Source: Aliivibrio fischeri ES114
GTDB lineage: Bacteria; Pseudomonadota; Gammaproteobacteria; Enterobacterales; Vibrionaceae
Assembly (NCBI RefSeq): GCF_000011805.1
Contig: NC_006840.2
Length of the DNA: 32,000 nt
Direction: 5' to 3' (one strand)
The notes beneath the pieces are model-generated. The model saw nothing but the letters and a program-made list of their open reading frames with translations. It was not told the DNA's origin and made no database searches. Shown piece by piece: positions 19,989-30,877 of this stretch (positions within the stretch are counted from its first letter, which is position 1; each line of letters starts with the position of its first letter). The position numbers and the translations under genes were made by a program.

Positions 19989-20753
19989 TCAATTCCAGTT
20001 TTTGGGTAGGGCATGCCATAGTGCTTGACTGTATGCATTACTATCGCCGTTTATAATATGGGTTGGTGTTGTGTATTCGCTAGAAGGTACGACATCATCT
20101 CTGCTGCTATCTAGAACCAATATATGATCCGCAATATTGATAACATGAGATAAATCATGACTAACGATAATGACTGTCTTTCCATCTGTATGAGCAAGAT
20201 GCTGGTAATGTCCAAAAAGAGGTTCACTGTATTCGTCATTAATCCCGCAGCTTGGCTCATCAGCAATCAATATGTCAGGTTGTTGGATAAAGGCCAGTGC
20301 TGAAAGTACGCGCTTTGCCATTCCTCCTGATAATTGGTATGGGTAGAGCTCTGCCACGGAAAAAGGCAGTTGTGCATGAGCTAATGCTTCACGGACCTTG
20401 TCTTTATTCTTACGAGTAAGCCATGAGTTTTTTGGAATAAATTGTGATAGTTGTTGGCCTATTTTAGTTGTTGGGTTTAATGCATTACGACTTTGAGCAG
20501 CTAACGCTAGCCGTGCCCCTTGTGCTATTTGGATTTCTCCTGATAGGGTAAAGTCATCAGAAAGAGCTTGCATGATTGCATTAATTAATGAGCTTTTTCC
20601 ACTACCACTCGCGCCTATTATGCCGAGAATTTCACCTTGCTTTAAAGACAGCGACAGATTAGAAAATAAAGGGGTTGTATCTGCTGTTAATCTGATTTCT
20701 AACGCTTTTAACTCAAGTACTATGCTGTTTTTATTTTTCATATGACTTACCAA
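19989..20753 (-). CDS. ABC transporter ATP-binding protein (NikD-like)
   Basis: Walker A GASGSGKSS, signature LSGGMAKR, atypical Walker B/D-loop ILIADEPSCGIND, H-loop VSHD. Overlaps the upstream permease stop. Confidence 0.75.
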   Translation of the reverse strand: MVSHMKNKNSIVLELKALEIRLTADTTPLFSNLSLSLKQGEILGIIGASGSGKSSLINAIMQALSDDFTLSGEIQIAQGARLALAAQSRNALNPTTKIGQQLSQFIPKNSWLTRKNKDKVREALAHAQLPFSVAELYPYQLSGGMAKRVLSALAFIQQPDILIADEPSCGINDEYSEPLFGHYQHLAHTDGKTVIIVSHDLSHVINIADHILVLDSSRDDVVPSSEYTTPTHIINGDSNAYSQALWHALPKNWN

Positions 20754-21495
20754 TTGATATTAATAGCAATGAGCTTATTACTAACACTATCCCCGGAAAC
20801 AAAGCTAACCACCACTGCCCACTGAGTAGGTATTGGCTGGCTTCTGATAGCATACCACCCATAGAGGGGGTTGAGGGAGCGATACCAAAACCTAAAAAAG
20901 TGAGTCCAGCCCCATGAACTAATGCTTGAGGGTATAGCAGCAACATACCAATTAACATTTGAGGTAAAACGTGAGGTGTTATGTGAACAACATAGGTATG
21001 CACTTTTGAATGACCAAACGATAACGAATGTAAGACGTAAGGCTTTTTCCTAAGCTGTTCTATCTCAACTTTTAATAGACGTGTCAGTTTTGGCCAATGA
21101 CTCAATGTAATAGCAATGACAAGCCCTTCAAACCCACCGCCAACTAATACGGATAGTACGATCATGAGTAGGATATGTGGAAGGGAACTCCATACATCAA
21201 CAAGAAGGTTAATGATGTTATTCAGTGTATTGTTGATATTGCCAATTAAAGCTAAGCAGAGAGAAAGCACAGTACATAAAACAGAAGATATTCCTCCCAT
21301 AGCAAGACTAAACAATAGAGCCTTTAATGTACGGCTAAATACATCTCTTCCAAGCCAATCTGTGCCAAACCAGTCGAGTGAATTTGGTGCGATGTTTCGA
21401 TTAAATAAATTAATGGTTTCGCCATTGTTTTGCCAAGTAATGGAAATCAGAATTAATATGCAAAACAATAATAAAGGAAGGTGCTTTTTAAGCAT
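20731..21495 (-). CDS. ABC transporter permease (NikC/DppC-like)
   Basis: 254 aa, six hydrophobic segments. N-terminal WFGTDWLGRDVFSR motif typical of DppC/NikC. GGGGA SD. Confidence 0.75.
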   Translation of the reverse strand: MLKKHLPLLLFCILILISITWQNNGETINLFNRNIAPNSLDWFGTDWLGRDVFSRTLKALLFSLAMGGISSVLCTVLSLCLALIGNINNTLNNIINLLVDVWSSLPHILLMIVLSVLVGGGFEGLVIAITLSHWPKLTRLLKVEIEQLRKKPYVLHSLSFGHSKVHTYVVHITPHVLPQMLIGMLLLYPQALVHGAGLTFLGFGIAPSTPSMGGMLSEASQYLLSGQWWLALFPGIVLVISSLLLISIGKSYEK

Positions 21496-21513
21496 GGAAC
21501 ATCCCCTTTAAAA

Positions 21514-22509
21514 TTAAAACGATGTCGATAACGAAAGTCGTTTACTTAACAATGATGCAGTAGCATTACCAATAAAAACAAATAGAGCGCAGCATAATGT
21601 AATACCGAGTAATAGAGGAGTATCACCGCTTAGTCCCGCTTGCACTAGGGTTTGACCCAACCCAGGGAAGTTAAACACCGTTTCAATAATGACTGAGCCA
21701 CTGAATAATTCTGAAAAACCTGCCAGTTGAATAACAATCGCCGGTATTAACGTATTTCTTAGTAAGTGAAAACGAACAATCGATAAGGTCGATAACCCAT
21801 GAATACGAGCGTATTTCACATGTTGGCTTTGAGCGACTTCAATAACCTTCTCTTTGGTATGCAAAATGATTGGAGCGATTAATCCAAGTGTTAGTGTTAT
21901 TAATGGCAAAATAAAATATGGGATTTTGTCATAAAAGGAAATTGATTCAGGAGATACCCCAATCGGGGCTAAGCCACCAACGGGTAACCAAATCAATTTA
22001 ACGGCAAAAATCGTGATTAAGAGTAAGCCAATCCAAAAGCTTGGTATTGAATTTACCATTAGTGCTAATTGTGTAATGATTTTGCTTGATATTGCCTTTG
22101 GTTTTAACCCAATAACAAGACCAATCCCGTAACCTAAAATCAGGGCAACTAGACTCGCACTTCCCATTAAAATAAAAGAGTAGCGACTGCGTTGCCAGAT
22201 GATTTGGCTAACCTCTTCTTGACGGTGATACGAGTAACCTAATTCACCAGATAACAAAGCGTGACTAAATGTCATTATTTGCTCAAGAATAGATTGGTCT
22301 AATCCGAGCTGTTCGATTAACTGTGCTTTTTGTTCACCAAATACGGCAAGCACGTTTCCATTAAAGTATTGAGCAATAGGATCGATTGGGAGAAACGCAA
22401 TCAATAAGCTAATAACCAATAAAGCCAAGCAAAGTTGCAGTAGTAAGCGTGTGATACTAAAGCAAACAATGCGTGACTGCTGAGAGTTTAACGACACTGC
22501 CAACGCCAT
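21514..22509 (-). CDS. ABC transporter permease (NikB/DppB-like)
   Basis: 331 aa BPD_transp_1-type permease (KYARIHGLS EAA-loop context). The annotated start overlaps the SBP gene by 22 nt; the true start could lie slightly downstream. Confidence 0.72.
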   Translation of the reverse strand: MALAVSLNSQQSRIVCFSITRLLLQLCLALLVISLLIAFLPIDPIAQYFNGNVLAVFGEQKAQLIEQLGLDQSILEQIMTFSHALLSGELGYSYHRQEEVSQIIWQRSRYSFILMGSASLVALILGYGIGLVIGLKPKAISSKIITQLALMVNSIPSFWIGLLLITIFAVKLIWLPVGGLAPIGVSPESISFYDKIPYFILPLITLTLGLIAPIILHTKEKVIEVAQSQHVKYARIHGLSTLSIVRFHLLRNTLIPAIVIQLAGFSELFSGSVIIETVFNFPGLGQTLVQAGLSGDTPLLLGITLCCALFVFIGNATASLLSKRLSLSTSF

Positions 22510-24074
22510 TCTTCAATATTTGCAGTTAAAGGCCAGCCGTGATCATGAGGCTCAGTAATTGGTAATCCTAAATTCAAACAGCTATCAGCCATATATAAGT
22601 GATTAATATTAACTAACCACGTCCAAGGGCGATCTTGCTGAATTTGTTTTTGAGCTTGTTGCCAAAAAGGAATTGATTCATCCCAAGTATCTGCTTTTAA
22701 TGCGTTATCAATAGCTAAATCAACTTCAGGGTTACTGTAGCCACCTGAATTATAAAAATCAGTATGAGCAAAGTCAGAATGATAAACATAATTTACTTCG
22801 CTTGCAGAATGACTACCAAATCCCATAAGAACAGGTGTTGTTGTCATTTGTAGAGCAATGGCGTTCCACTCTAACCCTTTGACGGTTACTTCTATTCCAA
22901 TTTGATTTGCCATTGAGCTAATGGCTAAAGCTAATTGCTCTCGCACACTATCTCCAGCTTTATAAAGAAGGGTAAAAGAAGCTTCATAACCTTGTTTATC
23001 GATAGTGCCATTGTTATTACTGTCACTCCATCCTGCTTGTTTAAGTAGTGTTGTGATATGCGCTAAATTAACAGGGGTAGGTACAATTGATGTGGTATCT
23101 AACCCCCATGGCATATTATCTGCGAGTGAGTAGGCTGGTGTAGCATAGCCATCCAGTAATTTTTCTACGATCAATTGTTTGTCGATAAGGCATTCAAATG
23201 CTTCACGAATTGCAGGATCTGAGCTTACAAATGTCATGTCTGAGCCTTTATGATGACTCATAGGCCAAACAATACCTCGGTTGTCTAGTGTAGGTACTGA
23301 CCATAGTTTGTAATTACTGATGCTCTGATTCGCATAACGTTGAGGTATCACACTCAAATGAAGTTGATGTGTTTTTATCTGAATAAATCGTGATTCTTCG
23401 CTTCCAAATACGGCAACGATATTTTTGAATTTTGGTTTTTTAGCGTAATAGTAAGGGTTTAAACTCATGCTTACGTATTGGCCTTTTTCCCATTTATTTA
23501 AGATGTAAGGACCAGACCCCATAGGTAATGCGCCATATTTTGTCGGGCTATCAGAACGTAGTTGATAATATTTTTTTGGAACAATACCAATAGAAGATAG
23601 GCGATCTAAAAAGGTGATATCACATCGCTTTAAATGAAAAGCGACGGAAGTCGGCGTTAATGGTTCAGCCATTTCTAACGCACTTAAATCGTGAGTACTA
23701 CCTTGTGCTAAGATTTGATTAAAGGTAAACGCAACGTCTTCAGCTGTTAATGGTGTACCGTTACTAAAAACAACATCATCACGAAGAGTGACGATCCAAG
23801 TTAATTTGTTGTTCGTTAGACGCCATTTCGTTGCTAAATCGCCAACAAAATTTAAGTTTTTATCTCTTTTTAATAACGTCGATTGGAAGAGTGGATTACC
23901 GTACTTACCCCACCCAAGAATTGGATCAAATCCAGTGTTCGGTTCGCTGCCAAGAGCAACTTTTAAGGTTTCTGGGTATTTAGAAGGGGATGTTGTCGCT
24001 AGCGCAACAAAGCTTGTCATCGTTAGTAAGGTACAAATAAATAGAGAAAGAATACGTGTTTTTTTTCTATTCAT
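22488..24074 (-). CDS. Family-5 periplasmic substrate-binding protein (NikA/OppA-like). Start moved to ATG 24074, giving the signal peptide MNRKKTRILSLFICTLLTMTSFVALA
   Basis: About 528 aa SBP_bac_5 architecture (LKVALGSEP..GFDP, GSGPY). First gene of a 5-gene importer directly upstream of ureD. Nickel specificity is inferred only from that context. Confidence 0.72.
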   Translation of the reverse strand: MNRKKTRILSLFICTLLTMTSFVALATTSPSKYPETLKVALGSEPNTGFDPILGWGKYGNPLFQSTLLKRDKNLNFVGDLATKWRLTNNKLTWIVTLRDDVVFSNGTPLTAEDVAFTFNQILAQGSTHDLSALEMAEPLTPTSVAFHLKRCDITFLDRLSSIGIVPKKYYQLRSDSPTKYGALPMGSGPYILNKWEKGQYVSMSLNPYYYAKKPKFKNIVAVFGSEESRFIQIKTHQLHLSVIPQRYANQSISNYKLWSVPTLDNRGIVWPMSHHKGSDMTFVSSDPAIREAFECLIDKQLIVEKLLDGYATPAYSLADNMPWGLDTTSIVPTPVNLAHITTLLKQAGWSDSNNNGTIDKQGYEASFTLLYKAGDSVREQLALAISSMANQIGIEVTVKGLEWNAIALQMTTTPVLMGFGSHSASEVNYVYHSDFAHTDFYNSGGYSNPEVDLAIDNALKADTWDESIPFWQQAQKQIQQDRPWTWLVNINHLYMADSCLNLGLPITEPHDHGWPLTANIEEWRWQCR

Positions 24075-24461
24075 TTTATTCAGTAATGTATTCACAACTT
24101 TTTTCCAATATAAAAGAAGTAGTGCAGGTAAATGAGAGAATGCATTTACGAACTGCATTAGAAATTAAGTGGCGATCTCACTTTATCTTCAATATAAAAA
24201 TTATATTTGAGGCAATACAAAGCACCTTACATAAAGGCAACGATTCATTAGTAGTTAGAGTACTAAAGATGCAAAGATAAATAATATCAGATCGAATTTG
24301 ATGTTATTAACAAATAGAAGGTTAAAAACATCTGTAAATAAAAATCACAAGCCGTAGAACAACGGTAAAAAAAGAGAGTGACTTTGTTGGAGCGGATTCT
24401 ATCAGTAGATGTAAAGTAATCAAGAAATAAATCAATGAAACTAAAATTATTTTATAGATAT

Positions 24462-24490
24462 AAAAAAGGCTAAGTAAATTTACTTAGCCT
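24462..24490 (-). terminator. Rho-independent terminator of proS
   Basis: AGGCTAAGTA (24467-24476), loop AATT, TACTTAGCCT (24481-24490). On the minus strand it is followed by T6 (24462-24467). Confidence 0.8.
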
Positions 24491-24513
24491 TTGGTATTTA
24501 ATACGTGATTAAA

Positions 24514-26229
24514 TTAGCTTAATTGCGCTTTAATGTGTTCAACAATGTTTGCCATTTCAACCGCTTCTTTCGTATTTGCACGACGGTTCTTATACTCAAA
24601 GTGACCTTCGTCCATGCTACGATCACCGATAACGATCGTGTGTGGAATACCGATAAGCTCGATGTCCTTAAACATAACACCTGGGCGTTCTTTACGGTCA
24701 TCGAATAGAACTTCGATACCCATTGCTGTTAATTCAGCATACAGTTTTTCAGCTGCTTCTTTAACACGCTCAGATTTGTGCATGTTCATAGGAACGATAG
24801 CAACCGTAAATGGTGCAATCGCTTCTGGCCATACAATGCCGTATTCGTCGTTGTTTTGTTCAATAGCTGATGCAACAACACGTGATACACCGATACCGTA
24901 ACAACCCATTTCTAGAATTACGTTCTTACCGTTTGCATCTAGAACGCCACAGTTCATTGCTTCTGAGTAGGCTGTACCTAATTGGAAGATGTGACCAACT
25001 TCGATACCACGTTTAAGTTGTAGCGTACCTTTACCACATGGGCTTGGATCACCTTCAACTACGTTACGTAAATCTTCAACTTGACCTAGTTGTACATCAC
25101 GATCCCAGTTCACACCAAAGAAGTGTTTACCATCGATGTTTGCACCTGTGCCAAAGTCACTCATTACAGCAACTGAACGGTCAACGATGAATGGAAGTTC
25201 TAGGCCAACAGGACCAAGAGAACCTGCGCCTGCACCAATTAGGTCACGAAGTTGTGCTTCGTCAGCCATTTCTAGTGGAGAAGCAACCTGTGGAAGGTTT
25301 TCAGCTTTAACTTCGTTAAGCTCGTGATCACCACGGATGATAAGTGCGATAATATCAGCATCAACTTCATCAGACGCTTTAACAAACAGTGTTTTTACTG
25401 TTTTTTCAATCGCAATACCGTGTTGCTCAACTAATTCTGCAATCGTTTTTGCGTTTGGTGTATCAACGGTTGTCATCTCTTGAGTAGGAGCTGCACGTTC
25501 TGTTGTTGGTGCTACTGCTTCTGCTTTTTCGATGTTTGCTGCGTAATCAGATTCTGTTGAGAATGCGATTAAATCTTCACCGCTTTCTGCAAGTACGTGG
25601 AACTCTTGAGAACCACTACCACCGATAGCACCAGAGTCAGCTAGTACTGGACGGTATTCAAGACCCATACGGTCGAATGCTTTACAGTATGCATCGTGCA
25701 TTGCATCGTAAGACTTTTGTAGGCCTTCTTTGTTGATGTCAAAGCTGTATGCATCCATCATGCAGAATTCACGAGCACGCATTACGCCAAAACGTGGACG
25801 ACGTTCGTCACGGAATTTAGTTTGAATTTGGTACAGGTTTAGCGGAAGTTGTTTGTAAGAGCTAACTTCGTTACGAACAAGGCTAGTGATAACTTCTTCA
25901 GCTGTTGGACTAAGTACAAACGGACGAACATGACGGTCAGTAAAACGAAGTAGTTCAGGGCCCATTTTTTCTGAGCGGCCTGTTTCTTCCCAAAGTTCAA
26001 ATGGTTGAACTACGGGCATCAATGTTTCGATTGCACCTGCATTGTCGATCTCTTGACGAACGATGTTTTCGACTTTACGCAGTACACGTAGACCAGTAGG
26101 TAGCCAAGTATATAAACCTGAAGCCAGTCTACGAATCATACCTGCACGTAGCATAAGCTGGTGGCTTACTACTTCTGCGTCGTTTGGAGTCTCCTTCAGT
26201 GTTGAAAGAAGGTATTTGCTAGTGCGCAT
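24514..26229 (-). CDS. proS: Proline--tRNA ligase. Start at ATG 26229 ([15 protein letters not shown], as in E. coli)
   Basis: Collinear with E. coli ProS (572 aa) over its full length, including the editing-domain insertion. Confidence 0.97.
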
Positions 26230-26377
26230 GTTTTCATCCATTTGTTAGTTATGAATATTGGAATAGCTCGATTTAAACAGTTAAACCGAGAGTTCAACCT
26301 TAGTATAGAGTCTGTTCTCTTAAGAATGGGCTCAAATCTAAAATTAAGCCCTATATAATATCAGCCCTAAAGCGATC

Positions 26378-27091
26378 TCAAAAGCGATCAATTGCAGTAA
26401 CTGTAATAGAATTGCTTTCAACAAGGAATTTTACGTTTAAATCAAACAAATTTACGGCGTATTCTTTGTTATCGACTTTTCCTTTTTTATAAGCTGGACG
26501 AGGATCTTGTCCTAGTACCTCTTTGAGCACCGCCTCTATCTCTCTTCTTTGTGGGTGAGAACTCAGTGATTTTTGTGCATCGATGGATAAAAACACATCC
26601 AACACATCAGGTTCTTTATCGGCAAAACCGCCAAGGGCATCGGGAATTGAATCTGAATAGGGGATATAAGGCTTGATATCAATAATCGGCGTGTTATCAA
26701 CTAAATCGACACTGCCTAACTCTAAATAGGTTTGATTTCCTTCCTGGATAACCCCTTTTAATTCTACAGCAGACATACCAATGCCATTTGGACGAAATGT
26801 GGCACGAGAAGCGAATACACCAATACGTTCATTCCCCCCTAGTCGTGGTGGACGAACCGTTGGTCTCCAGCCGGCTTCAAGGTTTTGATCAAATAGAAAA
26901 AGTAACCATAGGTGAGAGAATTGTTCGATGCCACGAATCGCTTCTGGTGAATTAGCCTCACCGACGAGTTTAATTCTTGATGTGGCACTTGGAGCCAAAC
27001 GAGGTTGACGAGGTACCGCAAATTTTTCTTTGTAAGGAGATTGAATAAAACCAATAGGGTTGATGTGATAAGTCATTAGGCTATTTTTCAT
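26378..27091 (-). CDS. trmO: tRNA (t6A37) N6-methyltransferase TrmO (YaeB/TsaA family)
   Basis: IGFIQSPYKEKFAVPRQP...FSHLWLLFLF...WRPTVRPPRLGGN...RPNGIGMS...DIKPY is collinear with E. coli YaeB. Same position next to proS as in E. coli. Confidence 0.9.
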   Translation of the reverse strand: MKNSLMTYHINPIGFIQSPYKEKFAVPRQPRLAPSATSRIKLVGEANSPEAIRGIEQFSHLWLLFLFDQNLEAGWRPTVRPPRLGGNERIGVFASRATFRPNGIGMSAVELKGVIQEGNQTYLELGSVDLVDNTPIIDIKPYIPYSDSIPDALGGFADKEPDVLDVFLSIDAQKSLSSHPQRREIEAVLKEVLGQDPRPAYKKGKVDNKEYAVNLFDLNVKFLVESNSITVTAIDRF

Positions 27092-27121
27092 TATTAATAT
27101 CTTCAGGCATTAAAAAAGGTT

Positions 27122-27153
27122 GACGCTCTCACGTCAACCTTTTGTGGAATAAC
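27122..27153 (-). terminator. Rho-independent terminator after metQ
   Basis: AAGGTTGACG (27126-27135), loop CTCTCA, CGTCAACCTT (27142-27151). T-run on the minus strand (27122-27127). Confidence 0.75.
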
Positions 27154-27170
27154 TGGTTAAAAGAAGGGGA

Positions 27171-27980
27171 TTACCAACCTTTAACTACGCCACCTTTGAA
27201 TGTTTTAAGAGCAGCTTGGTAAACTTCTTCAGATTGGTACGCTTTAACAAATGTTTTAACGTTTTCTGAGTTTACGTTGTCTGTACGGCCAACGATTAAG
27301 TTTACGTATGGAGACTCTTTATCTTCTACAAAAATACCGTCTTTTTCTGGTTCTAGGTTGATGCTACTTGCGTAAGTTGTGTTGATTACAGATAACGCTA
27401 CATCATCAAGAGAACGAGGCAATTGAGCTGCATCTAATTCAACAATAGTGATGTTTTTAGGGTTAGCAGTAATATCACGAACCGTTGCTGCAAGGCCTGC
27501 ATCTTCACGAAGAGTAATTAGCCCTTGTTGTTGAAGAAGAAGCAGAGAACGACCTAGGTTTGTTGGATCGTTTGGTACGGCGATACGAGCGCCATCTTCA
27601 ATTTGGTCAACTGATGTTACTTGTTTAGAGTAGCCAGCAATTGGGTATACAAAAGAGTTACCTGCAATTTCAATTTTGTAACCACGATCAGCAACTTGTT
27701 GATCTAGGTATGGTTTGTGTTGGAATGCGTTTAGGTCAATAGAACCATCATCCAATGCTGCGTTTGGTGTTACGTAATCTGTAAAAGTAACAAGTTCAAC
27801 ATCAAGACCGTATTGTTCTTTTGCTACTTTAGCTGCAACTTCAGCAACTTGTGCTTCTGCACCTGCCATTACACCCACTTTAATTGAGTTTGTTTTTGCT
27901 TCTTCTTGTCCACAACCCGTAAGGATAAGTGTTGATGCTAGGCCAGCAACAGCAGCCAGTTTTTTCAGATTCAATTTCAT
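27171..27980 (-). CDS. metQ: Methionine ABC transporter substrate-binding lipoprotein
   Basis: Lipobox LILTGC. NlpA-family sequence, 269 aa. Follows metNI. Confidence 0.93.
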   Translation of the reverse strand: MKLNLKKLAAVAGLASTLILTGCGQEEAKTNSIKVGVMAGAEAQVAEVAAKVAKEQYGLDVELVTFTDYVTPNAALDDGSIDLNAFQHKPYLDQQVADRGYKIEIAGNSFVYPIAGYSKQVTSVDQIEDGARIAVPNDPTNLGRSLLLLQQQGLITLREDAGLAATVRDITANPKNITIVELDAAQLPRSLDDVALSVINTTYASSINLEPEKDGIFVEDKESPYVNLIVGRTDNVNSENVKTFVKAYQSEEVYQAALKTFKGGVVKGW

Positions 27981-28018
27981 TATTTACTCCTTAAAAATGA
28001 ATTCCATATTAAATAAAA

Positions 28019-28696
28019 TTAACGGTGATCGACTTTTTTAACTAAAGCATCACCAACAGATTGAATGATTTGAACCAAAACAATCAGCATAACAACGGTC
28101 ACTGCCATGATAGTTAAATCATAACGGTGGAAACCATATCGAATAGCAACATCACCTAAACCACCGCCGCCAACGGTACCTGCCATTGCAGAGTAGCTAA
28201 CCAGTGTGACTAGTGTGATAGTTACTGAGTTTAAAATAGTTGGTAGTGCTTCTGGAAGCAGTACTTTTGTAATGATTTGCAGTGGTGTTGCGCCCATTGA
28301 TTGTGCCGCCTCAACCAGACCACTTGGTACTTCGATTAACGCACCTTCAATTAAACGAGCAACAAATGGAATCGCCCCAATGGTTAGTGGAACGATCGCT
28401 GCTGTAGTGCCAATAAAGCTACCAACAATCAATTTTGTTACAGGGATAATGGCAACCATTAAAACTAAGAAAGGAACAGAACGTCCTACGTTTACAATCG
28501 CACCAAGTACGCTGTTAAACGCGGTGTTTTCCATTAGACCACCTTTTTTAGTGATATGAAGAACAACACCAAGTGGGATACCAATAGCAAAGCCAACGAT
28601 ACCTGCAACCGCAACCATATAAAGGGTTTCGCCAGTTGCGTTTAATAATAACTTGCTGTTTAAATCAAGCCATGCAGAAATCACATCAAACGACAT
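28019..28696 (-). CDS. metI: Methionine ABC transporter permease
   Basis: 225 aa, five TM segments, EAA loop ([16 protein letters not shown]). Overlaps the metN stop by 11 nt. Confidence 0.95.
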   Translation of the reverse strand: MSFDVISAWLDLNSKLLLNATGETLYMVAVAGIVGFAIGIPLGVVLHITKKGGLMENTAFNSVLGAIVNVGRSVPFLVLMVAIIPVTKLIVGSFIGTTAAIVPLTIGAIPFVARLIEGALIEVPSGLVEAAQSMGATPLQIITKVLLPEALPTILNSVTITLVTLVSYSAMAGTVGGGGLGDVAIRYGFHRYDLTIMAVTVVMLIVLVQIIQSVGDALVKKVDHR

Positions 28697-29720
28697 AACC
28701 TAACACCTCTACTTTTACATGATGATTGCGTAAGAACTCAATTGCTTTTTGAGTTGATTCTTGATTACCAAATACTTCAGCAAGCATTAAACCAAATTTA
28801 ACACCACCGGCATAATCAATGTCTGAGCTTAAGATACTGATATCAATATCGAATTCACGAGAGATTTGACTGATAACAGGAGCATCAACCGTTGAGCCTG
28901 TAAATTCTAAACGAATAAGAGGGTAGCTACCTTCAACATAGGTATCTTTCAAGCGGGCTTTGAAATCTTCAGGGATTGATAGATCTAATGTTGCACGAAT
29001 AAATTCTTGAGCCAGTGCTGTTTTTGGATGCGCAAAAATATCGCTAACAGCCCCTTTCTCAACTAATTCACCGCCACCGATAATGGCTACTTCATGACAG
29101 ATGTTTTTTACCACTTCCATTTCATGAGTAATAATAAGAATTGTGATACTTAATTTACGGTTTAGATCTTTGATTAGTTCAAGAATTGATTTTGTCGTTG
29201 CAGGGTCAAGAGCGCTGGTTGCTTCATCACATAGCAGTACTTTTGGATCCGTAGAAAGTGCACGAGCGATAGCAACACGTTGCTTCTGGCCACCACTTAG
29301 GTTTGCAGGATAAGTATGGTGTTTATCTGCTAAGCCAACTAAATCTAATAATTCAGTTACTTTCTTTTGAATATCGTGTTTTGATTTTCCGGCAAGTTCT
29401 AAAGGTAAAGCAACGTTATCAAATACAGTTCGTGATGCTAAAAGGTTAAAGTGCTGGAAGATCATCCCAATATTACGACGAGCTTTACTTAACTCGCTAG
29501 AAGAGAGCTTAGTTAAATCTACACCATCAACAACCACTTCACCATTAGTTGGTCTTTCTAGCATGTTTACACAGCGTATCAGTGTGCTTTTCCCTGCACC
29601 CGATGAGCCAATCACACCAAAGATGGTGCCTTGAGCAATATGAAGATTAATATCTTTAAGAGCATTAATTTCCTTTGCTCCTTGATAAAAAATCTTATTA
29701 ACACGGTTTATTTCAATCAT
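28686..29720 (-). CDS. metN: Methionine ABC transporter ATP-binding protein. Start moved to ATG 29720 ([11 protein letters not shown])
   Basis: 344 aa. Walker [29 protein letters not shown], and the C-terminal NIL regulatory domain. Confidence 0.95.
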   Translation of the reverse strand: MIEINRVNKIFYQGAKEINALKDINLHIAQGTIFGVIGSSGAGKSTLIRCVNMLERPTNGEVVVDGVDLTKLSSSELSKARRNIGMIFQHFNLLASRTVFDNVALPLELAGKSKHDIQKKVTELLDLVGLADKHHTYPANLSGGQKQRVAIARALSTDPKVLLCDEATSALDPATTKSILELIKDLNRKLSITILIITHEMEVVKNICHEVAIIGGGELVEKGAVSDIFAHPKTALAQEFIRATLDLSIPEDFKARLKDTYVEGSYPLIRLEFTGSTVDAPVISQISREFDIDISILSSDIDYAGGVKFGLMLAEVFGNQESTQKAIEFLRNHHVKVEVLGYVV

Positions 29721-29843
29721 GATTCGCCTTGAACTGCATTTCGTAAAAAGATAGTTAACAAAGGTTACAAAACCTGAGCAATCTCTCATTTTTTATGTTT
29801 TACTGATGCTATTTCGGATATTGATTTAAGTCAATAGATATTT

Positions 29844-29867
29844 TTACGTCTAGACGTCTAAACACAC
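29844..29867. promoter_or_regulatory. MetJ operator: tandem met boxes upstream of metN
   Basis: TTACGTCT (6/8), AGACGTCT (29852-29859, 8/8 to the AGACGTCT consensus), AAACACAC (weak). ACGTCTAGACGT is a perfect 12-bp palindrome. It lies ~125 nt upstream of the metN ATG. Confidence 0.7.
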
Positions 29868-29942
29868 AAATAAGATGTCAATAAGTGAAAAGCATGAGAT
29901 AATTTTTGATATTAACCGATTTGATTCATAGAGGGTGTCACC

Positions 29943-30494
29943 TTGTCCAAACCAGCGGTATTTATTGATAGAGATGGCGTGATCAATGTTGATCATGGCT
30001 ATGTTCATAAACGTGATGATTTTGAATACATTGATGGTGTATTTGAGGCTACGAAGAAACTCAAAGAAATGGGTTACCTATTAGTGTTGGTAACTAACCA
30101 ATCAGGTATTGCTCGCGGTATGTTCACTGAAGATCAATTTGAAATTCTTACTGAGTGGATGGATTGGAACTTTGCTGATAATGGCGTTGACTTTGATGGC
30201 ATCTATTATTGTCCTCATCACCCTGAAGCCACTGTTGAAAAATACAAAGAAGCATGTGATTGCCGTAAACCAAATCCAGGTATGTTAGTTTCTGCACAAC
30301 GTTTCTTAGATATCGACATGGAAAATTCAATCATGATCGGTGATAAGAAAGAAGACATGATGGCAGCGCAAGCGGCTAGTGTTGGCACTCGTATTTTAGT
30401 TCGAACTGGTAAGCCAGTAACTGAAGAAGGTGAAGCATTAGCAACTGCAGTTCTTGATAGTGTTGCAGATGTACCAAAGTTCTTGTCTGCTTAG
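29943..30494 (+). CDS. gmhB: D-glycero-beta-D-manno-heptose-1,7-bisphosphate 7-phosphatase (TTG start)
   Basis: [16 protein letters not shown]...[10 protein letters not shown]...YYCPHHP...[10 protein letters not shown]...GDK..DM is collinear with E. coli GmhB. GAGGGTG SD. Divergent from metN, as in E. coli. Confidence 0.9.
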   Translation: MSKPAVFIDRDGVINVDHGYVHKRDDFEYIDGVFEATKKLKEMGYLLVLVTNQSGIARGMFTEDQFEILTEWMDWNFADNGVDFDGIYYCPHHPEATVEKYKEACDCRKPNPGMLVSAQRFLDIDMENSIMIGDKKEDMMAAQAASVGTRILVRTGKPVTEEGEALATAVLDSVADVPKFLSA

Positions 30495-30521
30495 CTAGAT
30501 TTGTTAAAGAGAATATAAATG

Positions 30522-30556
30522 AAACGCCTATAGAGAAATCTGTGGGCGTTTTTTTA
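30522..30556 (+). terminator. Probable terminator of gmhB
   Basis: AAACGCC (30522-30528) pairs with GGCGTTT (30545-30551) and is followed by a T-run. The 16-nt loop is large, hence moderate confidence. Confidence 0.5.
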
Positions 30557-30630
30557 TGTGTTAACAATGAATATGTTAGCGAGCGTTTTCTTTCTGTCTT
30601 ATTTTTAAGATGAAAAAAGTGTATCTTTAT

Positions 30631-30646
30631 TAGGCAAATTTGCCTA
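30631..30646. repeat. Perfect 16-bp palindrome TAGGCAAATTTGCCTA (candidate operator) upstream of the small ORF
   Basis: Checked base by base as self-complementary. It lies 64 nt upstream of ATG 30710. Confidence 0.45.
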
Positions 30647-30709
30647 GAGTTGAGTATATAGATGGATTTTAAGTAATTCGATTAAGGGTTACAGATTAAG
30701 GTGGTAGTT

Positions 30710-30877
30710 ATGAATAAGCTTGATAAAGGTAAGAGTTTGCTTTTAGATAAACAGCAACCAAAAGCATTATGCCATCAAAAAGATCCTGTAGATGAAACGG
30801 TTAATACGTGGGATCTGCTAACGGATGAACAACAACAAGATATACTTTCTCATTTAAGTGAAATTCCTTTTCAGTAA
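30710..30877 (+). CDS. Hypothetical small acidic protein (55 aa), below the ORF-track length cutoff
   Basis: ATG 30710 is preceded by a strong SD AAGGTGG (30697-30703). Translation: MNKLDKGKSLLLDKQQPKALCHQKDPVDETVNTWDLLTDEQQQDILSHLSEIPFQ*. I recognise no homolog. Confidence 0.4.
   Translation: MNKLDKGKSLLLDKQQPKALCHQKDPVDETVNTWDLLTDEQQQDILSHLSEIPFQ

Noticed and set aside
21116-21511. Long antisense ORFs inside the transporter and urease genes (e.g. 21116-21511, 23788-24135, 17841-18152, 15215-15706, 14567-14839, 13934-14170)
   Set aside because: Each lies fully opposite a confidently identified gene. None has an SD or recognisable motifs, and all show the skewed composition typical of antisense frames.
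24159-24461. NikR operator, Fur box or small genes upstream of the importer; ORF 24056-24280
   Set aside because: No GTATGA-N16-TCATAC is present. GATAAATAATATCAG is only a weak Fur-box resemblance. The 74-aa ORF overlaps the SBP start in another frame and encodes low-complexity sequence.
28206-28559. 117-aa ORF antisense to metI, and similar ones opposite rimK (2782-3072, 3244-3447), nanA (7096-7317), proS (24519-26248 set), siaT (12236-12433) and gmhB (30148-30567)
   Set aside because: These are shadow ORFs of highly conserved housekeeping genes, with no independent support.
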